From positions 32,001-96,000 of the forward strand of contig JANOEP010000009.1 in NCBI GenBank assembly GCA_031441465.1: a stretch of DNA of 64,000 nucleotides, written 5' to 3'. The notes beneath the pieces were generated by a model. It had not been told where the DNA came from. It saw only the letters and a program-made list of their open reading frames with translations, and did not search any database. Of the stretch, positions 18,970 through 27,583 are shown piece by piece. Numbering within the stretch: the stretch's first letter is position 1; the number at the start of each line of letters is the position of its first letter. This stretch comes from a bacterium (GTDB lineage: Bacteria > Krumholzibacteriota > Krumholzibacteriia > LZORAL124-64-63). A program made the translations under genes and the position numbers.

Positions 18970-20519
18970 GCGTTCTCCTCCGCGTACTCGCGCGACAACA
19001 TCTCGATGCCCGCCGGGTGGAAGGTCACCGCCACCGTTCCCTTGTCGCCGTCGTAGTCCACGCGCTGGATCAAGAGTCGCAGCACCCGCGCCTGCTCGCG
19101 CAGCGTGAGCGTCTCCCAGACAGGATCGAAGGCGGCCATCGCTCGGGCGGCCTCTTTCTCGTCGATCAGATCCCGCCCCAAGGTGGCCATCTCCTCCCGG
19201 ATCTCAGCCAGGCGCAGCTCCACGCCACGAATGCGATCCAACAGGTCAGCCATGCGGTCGGTGGCCGTGCCGCCAGAACCGACCGAACCCGCCAGGTCGC
19301 GCATCTGGGCGTTGTGGCGCCTCAGTTCGCGCGTCAGACCCGACTTCTCAGCCTCGAGCTCCTTGATCCGCGCCTTGGCCTCTGCCCGCGCTCCACCCAG
19401 CGTCTCGGCCAGGAGCGCTGGATCGCTCCCGATGCAACGCACCTGGTCGATGACGAACTTCTCGATCTCGCCGGCGGGGATCGCCTTCGACGGGCAGTTG
19501 TGCCAGCCGCGCTTCTGGGCGTTGGCGCAGACGTAGTACCGGTAGCGCCGGTCCTTCTTGGTGGCGTGGGTCGGCACCATGGCGCAGTTGCACGGCACGC
19601 AATTGATCAGGCCCTTGAGGATGGCGCCGAACTGGTTGCAAACGTGCCTGCCGCCATTGGCCCCGTTGCGCCCCAGGATCTGCCTGACGCGGCGGAACGT
19701 CTCGTCGTCCACGATCGCCGGTTGCTCCCCGGCGTGAATCTCGTCCTTGTAGGTCGACCGGCCGGTATAGAGGACATTGGTCAACAGGCAGTAGAGGCTG
19801 TGCTTGTTGAAGGGCGAGCCGCCGGATTCGCGGCCCTTCCTGGTGGTCCACTGCTTGTTGGTCCACCCCCGCGCGTCCAGCTCCGCAATGGTGGCGATGA
19901 GCGACTCGCGGTCCAGGTAAAGCTCGTAGATGGCCCGCACGTGGGTGGCCTCCGCCTCGTTGACCAGCAGGCGGCCGCCTCGAGGATCGACGTCGAAACC
20001 GAGGATCGGCCGCCCACCGGACCACTTCCCCTTGCGGCGGGTCGCAGCGATCTTGTCGCGCGTGCGCTCGGAGATGATCTCCCGCTCGAACTGCGCGAAC
20101 GACAGCAGGATGTTCAGGGTCAGCCGACCCATGGAACTAGTCGTGTTGAACTGCTGCGTCACAGAGACGAAGGAGACGCCGCGCTTGTCGAGGGCTTCCA
20201 TGATCCGGGTGAAGTCCAGCAGGCTGCGCGACAACCGGTCGACCTTGTAGACCACGATGCAGTCGATCCGCCCGGCCTCGACGTCGGCCATCAGGCGCTT
20301 GAACGCTGGGCGTTCCATGTTGCCGCCAGTGTAGCCACCGTCATCGTATCGGTCCGGCAGGCAGACCCACCCCTCGCTCTTCTGGCTGGCAATGAAGGCC
20401 TCGCCGGCCTCGCGCTGGGCGTCGAGGCTGTTGAACTCCTGCTCGAGCCCTTCCTCTGTGCTCTTGCGGGTGTAGGTGGCGCAGCGAATGGTCGGGGTGC
20501 CCGTCCTCCTACCGGCCAT
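18966..20519 (-). CDS. Large serine recombinase (resolvase, recombinase and zinc-ribbon domains)
   Basis: YTRKST, VDRLSRS, FAQFEREIISER, CVPC...YYVC...C. Confidence 0.93.
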   Translation of the reverse strand: MAGRRTGTPTIRCATYTRKSTEEGLEQEFNSLDAQREAGEAFIASQKSEGWVCLPDRYDDGGYTGGNMERPAFKRLMADVEAGRIDCIVVYKVDRLSRSLLDFTRIMEALDKRGVSFVSVTQQFNTTSSMGRLTLNILLSFAQFEREIISERTRDKIAATRRKGKWSGGRPILGFDVDPRGGRLLVNEAEATHVRAIYELYLDRESLIATIAELDARGWTNKQWTTRKGRESGGSPFNKHSLYCLLTNVLYTGRSTYKDEIHAGEQPAIVDDETFRRVRQILGRNGANGGRHVCNQFGAILKGLINCVPCNCAMVPTHATKKDRRYRYYVCANAQKRGWHNCPSKAIPAGEIEKFVIDQVRCIGSDPALLAETLGGARAEAKARIKELEAEKSGLTRELRRHNAQMRDLAGSVGSGGTATDRMADLLDRIRGVELRLAEIREEMATLGRDLIDEKEAARAMAAFDPVWETLTLREQARVLRLLIQRVDYDGDKGTVAVTFHPAGIEMLSREYAEENA

Positions 20520-21009
20520 CGGCGCACCCCTTTTCAACCAAATTGAAGAACCCGAACCCATTCCAGTGGGTGCCCGTGACCTTCTTGGCCACGGCGCTCA
20601 AGGTCCGGTAGATGTCGCCCTCGTACTCGAACCCCTTTGGTAGGACCCGCACCTCGATGACCTGGCCCTTGTAGCGGCGTGTGATGATCGCGCCGGGCAT
20701 GGGCAGGCGGTCGTCCTGGGGGAATTCGATGGGAGCGGTTGCGGTCACGCCGCCGGGCACGACGGCCCGCGGCCTCGGTGCGGTCAGGCGGACGTCCGAC
20801 TCGGTGGCCAGTTCCCGGGCCCGCTGCCGGGCACGCTCGGACAAATCGCCCTCCTGGTTGACCTGCAAGCGCCAGACGATCCGGCGGATCAGGAACTCCT
20901 TGTGACGGGAGGCCGTGTCCTCGCCAAAGACCTCGGCGTACTTCCTCCGCAGCTCCGGCACCGTCATGCGCTTCAACGCGGTGATTTCCTTCCCGATGTT
21001 CAACGCCAT
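20509..21009 (-). CDS. DUF2924-like protein
   Basis: ELRRKYAEVFG, IVWRLQ, PGAIITRRYKG, TLSAVAKKVTGTHWNGFGFFNL. Confidence 0.85.
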   Translation of the reverse strand: MALNIGKEITALKRMTVPELRRKYAEVFGEDTASRHKEFLIRRIVWRLQVNQEGDLSERARQRARELATESDVRLTAPRPRAVVPGGVTATAPIEFPQDDRLPMPGAIITRRYKGQVIEVRVLPKGFEYEGDIYRTLSAVAKKVTGTHWNGFGFFNLVEKGCADGR

Positions 21010-21022
21010 GGTGCATCTCCTC

Positions 21023-21235
21023 TCATGTTCTCGGCTCGGCTAACCAGGACACATGAGGGTCGCCGGGCGCGGACACATCAAGGGCTTTCTGGTCGGTGGA
21101 ATCGGGCGCGGAATCGCATGCTTCCGGCGGGTTCGTGCATGCGGTGCGCAGGCGGAGCAGGCCGCGGCCAAGGATGGCGGCGACCTCCTGACGGTGCTGC
21201 GTTGGGGTCAGATCATCGGGGATTGAATGCTGCAA
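21023..21235 (-). CDS. Small hypothetical protein
   Basis: RBS GGAGG before TTG; EVAAILGRGLLRLR helix. Confidence 0.5.
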   Translation of the reverse strand: MQHSIPDDLTPTQHRQEVAAILGRGLLRLRTACTNPPEACDSAPDSTDQKALDVSAPGDPHVSWLAEPRT

Positions 21236-21260
21236 GGGTCGCCTCCGGGTAACGGTAACA

Positions 21261-21301
21261 CCTCTGGTGTTTACCTACCCGGAGACAGTTGAATGTGTCG
21301 G
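21261..21301 (-). promoter_or_regulatory. Element promoter motif, copy 3 (before recombinase operon)
   Basis: CCGACAC-attcaactgtctcc-GGGTAGGTAA-acacc-AGAGG. Confidence 0.75.
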
Positions 21302-21418
21302 ATCCACCGTTGCGACGCCTCGCAGCGCACGGACCTGGCTTTCCGCTCAAGAGGAAATCTTGCTCGGAGACCAGGCGTGGGGTGAGTGATGCGAGGTCAC
21401 GAGCTCCATTCTCACCGC

Positions 21419-22159
21419 TCACAGAAGACCGGACTTGGCCGTTAGGTTCCTCAGATTGTCACGAATTCGTTCACGTGCTTCCAGTGGATCCACCCTCCAG
21501 ATGTCTCCGAGCGCACGCTCCGCCTGATCCACATCCCAGGGGAACAGCGGTTCCATGCCGTTTCTCGTGAACGGTCCGTCTGTCTCCGTCAATACGCGGT
21601 CGATTGGCATCAGACCGACGAGTTTCCGACCTTTCTCGCCCTTCAGCATCGCGGGCCCCACGCTGAACCAGCACCCCAGCGAGATGGCGCGCAGCAACTC
21701 CCTCTCGGTCCCGGAGAACCAGTGAAGCACCGGCGTGCTTGATCCTACATAGCGCTCGATCTCGTCAAACGTCTCTGTGGCCGCCCCCCTCGAGTGAACA
21801 CTCATGATGCGCCCGCCCTCATGGTCAACTGCCTGGAGGATCGTTCGGAAGATCTCTGTTTGTAATGGGAGTGATGCTCGATGCCGTCGCGAACCGTCGA
21901 GCCCGATTTCACCGACGAATCTGGCTTCCGGCAAGAGTTTAATGAACCGCGCTACCTCTCCCGCCCGTTCGACCACCAGCTCGGGATGGAGACCTAACCC
22001 CAAGTGCACTCTCGGCGCGCTGTCAATGACTCGCTTGGTTCCGCTCCATGCCAGCGGGGTGGTCGTAACGGCCAGAACGTAGCATTGCCTTCGCACAGCT
22101 TCGACGACGACCGCTTGTGGGTCGGGGTACAGATCGATGTGGCAGTGCAGATCAATCAC
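21419..22159 (-). CDS. qatD: TatD-family nuclease, Qat system
   Basis: DLHCHIDLY, GLGLHP, GEIGLD, HWFSG, LTETDGPF; fourth gene of the operon. Confidence 0.9.
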   Translation of the reverse strand: MIDLHCHIDLYPDPQAVVVEAVRRQCYVLAVTTTPLAWSGTKRVIDSAPRVHLGLGLHPELVVERAGEVARFIKLLPEARFVGEIGLDGSRRHRASLPLQTEIFRTILQAVDHEGGRIMSVHSRGAATETFDEIERYVGSSTPVLHWFSGTERELLRAISLGCWFSVGPAMLKGEKGRKLVGLMPIDRVLTETDGPFTRNGMEPLFPWDVDQAERALGDIWRVDPLEARERIRDNLRNLTAKSGLL

Positions 22160-23427
22160 AGTATTCCCGATGCCTCAAGGAGGATCCGAGCTTCATCGAT
22201 ACCGCGACCTACGGTTTGCGTGAACGGTGTCGGGTTGTCGAGCTCTGCGAAACTGATTGCCCCAGACGCCCAGCGCTCGACATCCTCTGCCTGCACTCGC
22301 AAGCACGCCATGGCGAGAGAACGAACGTCGTCGAACTCCCGCTGTGCACTCAGGTTAGCGAACTCGTAGACCGTGCCGTCAGGCTGTCCCCATCTTAGGA
22401 AAGCGGCCCGCCGTACCAGACACGGGATACACCGTCCACAGTGCTTGTAGCCGTAGCGCCCAAACCTCCCGCAGCTCGTGGATTGACTCGCGAGGTTTTG
22501 AAGAAGATCCTGCCGGCGACACTCCGCAAGTAGCTCGCCTTTCGTTCGAAACTGGTACGGGTTCCGAATCACAACGTTCAGCCCCACCGTTTCCCAGATG
22601 CTCTGCATCTGCCGGAGGAAGTACGGATGGGTGGTTCGCGTACTCAGACTTCCAATCCGAAGGTTGGTCAATGGAACGTTCATGCTGATGAAGCCGTTCT
22701 CCGGCACAACGAGATGGACAGAAGTCGCCGCCGACTCTCGGAGCGCAGAGGCAGCGAGCAGGCCGTACGCGAGGAATATGACAGAACGCGCCCTTTGGGA
22801 GCGCTCAGCCGTACCGGGCGGTCGGGCAGCGTGCGAGAGCTGAAGATGAGTCAGGCCAGAGCCGATCGTGGCCGCGAAAGCACCTTGTCGATCAGAATCG
22901 CCGCTAGCTCGTTGGCTGACGAGAATGGGCGTCCTCCCCTCGTCGACAAGGTCGATCGCGCCCACCAGGCTGTCCATGCCGCCAGAGAGCAGACACACGG
23001 TGTCCCCGGATGGCCGCCTCTGACCAAGTCGTCTCCGCTTTGCCCGCGGGGGAGGAGTCGGACCACCGCCCTCAAATTCGATAGTCCAGACGTCACCTGT
23101 GAGAAACCCTAGCGCCTTTTCGAGTGCAGCGGCTTGGGGCGTCCAGGTCAACGGCGATTGCACAGCCACGCTTAACTCAATCTGACGAGTCCAGCCATCT
23201 GCGCTTCTGTGCCGCAGACATCCTTGGTCCGCCGCAATCACTGCCAAGGCGATAGACAAGAAGTCCCAGGTCATGGAATCGACAACGAGCCCCGATCGAC
23301 GCACCTCGATCGGAATCGATGACCCAACCCGGCCGATCCGGCCCGACGTCGGTGCCGTGTACATTGCGAAGGCAATCCCCGTGGCATCGTCCATCGCGGG
23401 CGGGTTCTGGGAGCATACGATCTTCAC
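22156..23427 (-). CDS. qatC: QueC-like protein, Qat system
   Basis: LLSGGMDS PP-loop, PENGFIS, STRTTHP, TKGE, HCGRCIPCLVRR. Confidence 0.9.
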   Translation of the reverse strand: MKIVCSQNPPAMDDATGIAFAMYTAPTSGRIGRVGSSIPIEVRRSGLVVDSMTWDFLSIALAVIAADQGCLRHRSADGWTRQIELSVAVQSPLTWTPQAAALEKALGFLTGDVWTIEFEGGGPTPPPRAKRRRLGQRRPSGDTVCLLSGGMDSLVGAIDLVDEGRTPILVSQRASGDSDRQGAFAATIGSGLTHLQLSHAARPPGTAERSQRARSVIFLAYGLLAASALRESAATSVHLVVPENGFISMNVPLTNLRIGSLSTRTTHPYFLRQMQSIWETVGLNVVIRNPYQFRTKGELLAECRRQDLLQNLASQSTSCGRFGRYGYKHCGRCIPCLVRRAAFLRWGQPDGTVYEFANLSAQREFDDVRSLAMACLRVQAEDVERWASGAISFAELDNPTPFTQTVGRGIDEARILLEASGIL

Positions 23428-24224
23428 TCGACATACTCCTCGAACACCGAAAAGGTCTCTTGGATGACCTTGCTCGTGAGAATTGCGACGGCCGAGCCAT
23501 CCATGGGACGACTAGTCTGTCGCTGCGTCCGGAATGCCGCCGAGACCGTCTCCTCGACGTACTCCCGGATCTCCTTCATTCGATCGATAGCAGAAGCCGG
23601 ACTGGGAGCCTTTTCCAAGATGGACCTGCCCACGTCGAGCTCGATGCGCTGCACGATTTCGTACACTATGTGGCGCTCAAGAACCCACTCGATCTGCTGC
23701 TCCGTAAGCGACGCGATGTCCACGTTGGGGTCGTTCGCCAGGAGATCGGAAAGAGCCGCGTTGACCGCCCTCTGGCTCGACTCCGCATCTTGTGTGCCAT
23801 CACTGGGACTGACGAATCTGGCGACCCTGTCGATAATCTCCCGAGCCGATCGCCCTGCAAGACTTGCCGCATCAAAGCCAAGATGCGCGGGATCGATGGT
23901 ACCGGCGCTGAGCCCTCTGAGGGCGTCGACGAGAACGCCGGAGCGATTGGCCGCACCTCCCATTCTCCGGGCGGCGCTGCGCGACCCACCCAAGCCCTTA
24001 CCCGCATAGCTGGCGAGACCGCGGCGAAGCGATGAGCGATCACCTGACCGTGCGAAATCGCCGAGCCCCCGCCGCGCAGTGCCGAACCTCGCTCGGGGTG
24101 CGAGAGGCCCTGCGGCAGATTGGTCTTGCTCGGCGACCGGTTCCGGCTCGCCAGCCTCCGGTACCCACGGAGGAACGAGCGGCACCCCACTCCCAGGGCC
24201 GGAACTGGACGCGGAGGTCCCCAT
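23424..24224 (-). CDS. qatB: Qat system protein B
   Basis: MGTSASSSGPGSGVPLVPPW N-terminus; lies between the KAP NTPase and the QueC-like gene; TGATG coupling. Confidence 0.85.
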   Translation of the reverse strand: MGTSASSSGPGSGVPLVPPWVPEAGEPEPVAEQDQSAAGPLAPRARFGTARRGLGDFARSGDRSSLRRGLASYAGKGLGGSRSAARRMGGAANRSGVLVDALRGLSAGTIDPAHLGFDAASLAGRSAREIIDRVARFVSPSDGTQDAESSQRAVNAALSDLLANDPNVDIASLTEQQIEWVLERHIVYEIVQRIELDVGRSILEKAPSPASAIDRMKEIREYVEETVSAAFRTQRQTSRPMDGSAVAILTSKVIQETFSVFEEYVE

Positions 24225-26083
24225 CAGACATCCTTCTTTGCGAGCGCCTTGATTGCCTTCTTCACCGGTCCCGGTGTCTCCGGGCTCTTCGACCACAGAT
24301 CGAGCGCCTCGCGCGCCCAATCTTTGTCGCCGAGCAGGGGAATGATGGCCGGGGTCAGGCGCGACGGGCTGAGCTGTGTCAGGAATTTGCCGAACGCCGT
24401 AGCCATCTCAGGCGCTGCTTCGATGAGCGCGAGGAACGCCCACAACACGTTTGGCTTGCCCCACGACTGCTCCTGCCGAGCGCGGACCATCAGGCGCTCT
24501 ACTATGATCGTGTGGTCTCTGCCTGGAAGTGCGCGGAGTGAATCGCCAAGAGTCGAGGTGGCGGAAGTCAGCTTCAGAAGCCCTTCGAGCAGCGCGAGTG
24601 CCGGCGTGGACATCTGATCGGCTGCGGTTACGATGGGGAGCGTCTCCCGACTGACGTAGACGACGGCGCGAAGATCGAGCTCCCCCAGTTCGGGTTCGAG
24701 GGCAAGCCAGTCCTTCACAAATGGCGTATCCCAATCGCGGTCGGGCCGGGTAATGTCGCCCCCCGAACGAGCCTGTCGTTCCCACTCCGCCAGAAACGCT
24801 GGGCGTCCTTCATCACCATCGTTTACGGCTGTCACCAGGCGCTGGTACGCCGATTCGGCAGCACACCGCTCAAAGAGCAGCACCTTTGCGAGCGTCGACT
24901 CGTCGACCGCCACGCCCTGTGACTTCGCGACCGCTAGACGGATCCATAGTGTGTTCAGAAACCGCTTGATCAGACGGGGATTTCCGTTGATCTGTTGGGC
25001 GGTCGTCATTAGCGGAGCGAGTCGATCGGCGAGCTCCAGGTTCGCTCGGACTCCCACATCGACGTCCGGAACAAGCTCGGTCATGAAGGCCAGGTCGACG
25101 CGCTTACCAGACCAGGATGATGTAAGGCGCTCGCAGACCTTCGAGCGAATTTCCTCCATTCGCTCATCACTTAACCCCGCCTTGTTCAGATAGAGCAACA
25201 TCAAGTAGGCGCGAACTTCCTGGGTGCCCAATGGCGGCACGCGGAGTGGAACCTGGATGAGCTTGTCGAAATAGTTCGTGACCAGGTCGTTGTCAAACTC
25301 TACGCCCGTGAAGTGAACGCGCACGGCGTGACGGATCATCTTGTCGTCCGCAGCAATCACGAATGCCGTTCGCGGTAGAAACAGGAACAGTCGCATGGCC
25401 TCCAACGTGGAAATTGCTGTAGCGGGAAGGCATCGATCGAGGTCGTCGATAAAGACGACCAACGTCGTGTCCATCGCCTTGAGGATCTCCTCGAACTGTT
25501 CCCGCAGCGCGTGGATCTGCTGAGGCGGCGTCTCTTCTTTGGCCGGCTTGACCGTCTCGGCCCCCGCCTTCACAACCTCTTTGCCCGCCTTCTCGAGGGT
25601 CGCAACGTCCTTCTTCGTAACGTCGCCATCCGTCACTCCTTGTAACGCGGCCCAGGCTGCTCCCAATATGCCGACGGGAGGTATTCCAGCGGCCATCGCC
25701 ACGGCAGAGCCGGCGGTGAGTCCGGCGACACGAAACCAGTCGACGCGCCCCAGGAACTTCTTTGCCTTGGTCAGCGCCGTCCGGTTGTCCGCGGCCTTCT
25801 CGACCAGCTTGGTGGCAATCTCTTCGAGCAGCGCGGCGCGCGCGTCATCGTATCCCTGGTAGAGCCAGGCGTTGAAGTTGACAAAGAGGTACTTCTTACC
25901 TTCGTCACGCGCCTTCAAGGCGTCGGAGATGAGGTTCAACATCGAAGACTTGCCGACACCCCAGCCACCCGATACGCCGATCGATAGCGGCGAACCATCC
26001 GCCTGTACGATCAGCTCTGCGGCAGTCTCGGCTACGCATCGGAAGTTGAGATAATCCTCTCTGGTGTCGTTATCGGACCACAA
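24224..26083 (-). CDS. qatA: KAP-family P-loop NTPase, Qat system
   Basis: MWSDNDT..DYLNF, GGWGVGKSS, FNAWLYQGYDD, IDDLDRC, NPRLIKRFLN. Confidence 0.9.
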   Translation of the reverse strand: MWSDNDTREDYLNFRCVAETAAELIVQADGSPLSIGVSGGWGVGKSSMLNLISDALKARDEGKKYLFVNFNAWLYQGYDDARAALLEEIATKLVEKAADNRTALTKAKKFLGRVDWFRVAGLTAGSAVAMAAGIPPVGILGAAWAALQGVTDGDVTKKDVATLEKAGKEVVKAGAETVKPAKEETPPQQIHALREQFEEILKAMDTTLVVFIDDLDRCLPATAISTLEAMRLFLFLPRTAFVIAADDKMIRHAVRVHFTGVEFDNDLVTNYFDKLIQVPLRVPPLGTQEVRAYLMLLYLNKAGLSDERMEEIRSKVCERLTSSWSGKRVDLAFMTELVPDVDVGVRANLELADRLAPLMTTAQQINGNPRLIKRFLNTLWIRLAVAKSQGVAVDESTLAKVLLFERCAAESAYQRLVTAVNDGDEGRPAFLAEWERQARSGGDITRPDRDWDTPFVKDWLALEPELGELDLRAVVYVSRETLPIVTAADQMSTPALALLEGLLKLTSATSTLGDSLRALPGRDHTIIVERLMVRARQEQSWGKPNVLWAFLALIEAAPEMATAFGKFLTQLSPSRLTPAIIPLLGDKDWAREALDLWSKSPETPGPVKKAIKALAKKDV

Positions 26084-26896
26084 TGTGGTCTCCTTCCAGC
26101 CACGCCATCGTCTTCATGACAAGCGCCATGGATCGGTCCCGTCCGCGCCTCAGCTTTCACAAAGGGGCGGGGAACAATTCTCCCCTTACCTCGGCAGTTG
26201 CAGAATCCAGTGCTTGGGACCCGGGCAACCGCGGACTGGCGCCGCACACCTGCGCTGCCTGCGGGGTCCGTCAATCTTGCTTGTCGAGGCTGAGTCATAC
26301 CTCTTGAAGCCATCACAGCCCCACCCAGAGGCGTGGTTCGGTTACAGATACGCCAAACCCCGCAATGCTCATTCGGACACTTGGATCCGCGTCCGGAATC
26401 ATATGCCACATTCCTTGCGAACACGATACGTAACTGCTGCGTTAAATCCGAGAGTGGTGCGAAACAGTCGGGTAAGCCAGAGAAGTCGCCTCCCCCGGTC
26501 CCCCACAGATCCGAAGTTGAGGCATCCCCCCATTCCGTCCGGTTCCTGAGGGCGGGAGTTCATACGAAGAAGCTAGCGGCAGTTTCTCCACAGTGGAAAC
26601 CGCCCCTCTCTTGATGACGGTTACGATCGACCACCACGAGCTTCCCGAGCGCTAAATCCGAGGGGGTTGTGAAACAGAGATTCCGAGAGTTTTTCTACCA
26701 CCGACCGGGGTCCGGCCGTAACCCCTGACTGTTCCCACCGACCCCCAAACTCTCCTCCCAAAACAGAGATTTCGACCCCACCCGGCGAAACCGCGCAATC
26801 CGTTGCCAGACTTGGGGATAAGCGAAAAGCCCGAAAGCTCTCGCCCCGGGCCACGCCGCTAACCGGAAGGTATGTCGAATTCCGCTGAAAAAGGAT

Positions 26897-26971
26897 TGGC
26901 TCCCCGGGTAGGGCTCGAACCTACAACCCTGCGGTTAACAGCCGCATGCTCTACCATTGAGCTACCGAGGA
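26897..26971 (-). tRNA. tRNA-Asn (GTT)
   Basis: TCCTCGGTAGCTCAATGGTAGAGCATGCGGCTGTTAACCGCAGGGTTGTAGGTTCGAGCCCTACCCGGGGAGCCA folds into a full cloverleaf with encoded CCA. Confidence 0.97.
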
Positions 26972-27028
26972 ACCAGAACTCGTGCGTTGGATACCGCCGC
27001 CCAAGCTGGGCGCTCCAGCGGAATCGGT

Positions 27029-27057
27029 ACGATAGCCGATCAAGCCCAACCTGTCAA
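27029..27057 (-). promoter_or_regulatory. Sigma-70 promoter for tRNA-Asn
   Basis: TTGACA-17 nt-TATCGT. Confidence 0.7.
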
Positions 27058-27187
27058 GATATCGGCCGTTCCGGGGCTTTCTTGAGGATTCCCGCCTGGG
27101 TCGGGCTCCGATCCCTCTTGCCGAACCGGCTCGTTCGCGATCTAATCGCGGAGCTGACCCCCATCTCCCCACGCGCGGAGGAACCTC

Positions 27188-27532
27188 ATGAAGCCCCACG
27201 CCTGGATCCACGAGTTCCCCGCCGCGATCACCGTCTGCGACGCGGCGGGGATCATTCTCGAGATGAACGCGCGCGCCATCGCGACCTTCGCCGACCAGGG
27301 CGGCGCCGCCCTGGTCGGCCTGAACCTCCTGGACTGCCACCCCGAACCCTCGCGCTCGCAGGTGACCTCCATGCTGACCAACCGCACCCGCAACGCCTAC
27401 ACGATCGAGAAGCGCGGCGTGCGCAAGCTGATCTACCAGTCCCCCTGGTTCCTGGACGGCGAGTACGGCGGCTTCGTGGAGCTGTCGCTGGAGATCCCCG
27501 CGGCGATGCCGCACTTCGTCCGTCAGGGCTGA
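27188..27532 (+). CDS. Stand-alone PAS-domain protein
   Basis: ITVCDAAGIILEMN...LVGLNLLDCHP. Confidence 0.8.
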   Translation: MKPHAWIHEFPAAITVCDAAGIILEMNARAIATFADQGGAALVGLNLLDCHPEPSRSQVTSMLTNRTRNAYTIEKRGVRKLIYQSPWFLDGEYGGFVELSLEIPAAMPHFVRQG

Positions 27533-27583
27533 TTCGGGCCCGGTGATTGGCTGCGTTCGCGGGATTGCCGTATCCTGATCCGC

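Larger units (their letters stand above)
1374..26896. mobile_element. Integrated prophage-like/satellite-like element next to the tRNA-Asn 3' end (left boundary not determined)
   Basis: Terminase, primase, helicase, RusA, XRE/ImmA, serine recombinase and qat genes; visibly less GC-rich than the host genes after 27 kb; ends at a tRNA. Confidence 0.85.

Noticed and set aside
21419..26083. QueC-like and TatD genes as a novel system or as queuosine biosynthesis
   Set aside because: Gene order and motifs match the already described QatABCD defence system.
26448..26476. Possible fourth copy of the element promoter motif (CCGAGAG-N15-GGGTAAG)
   Set aside because: Wrong spacing, degenerate boxes and no convincing downstream gene.
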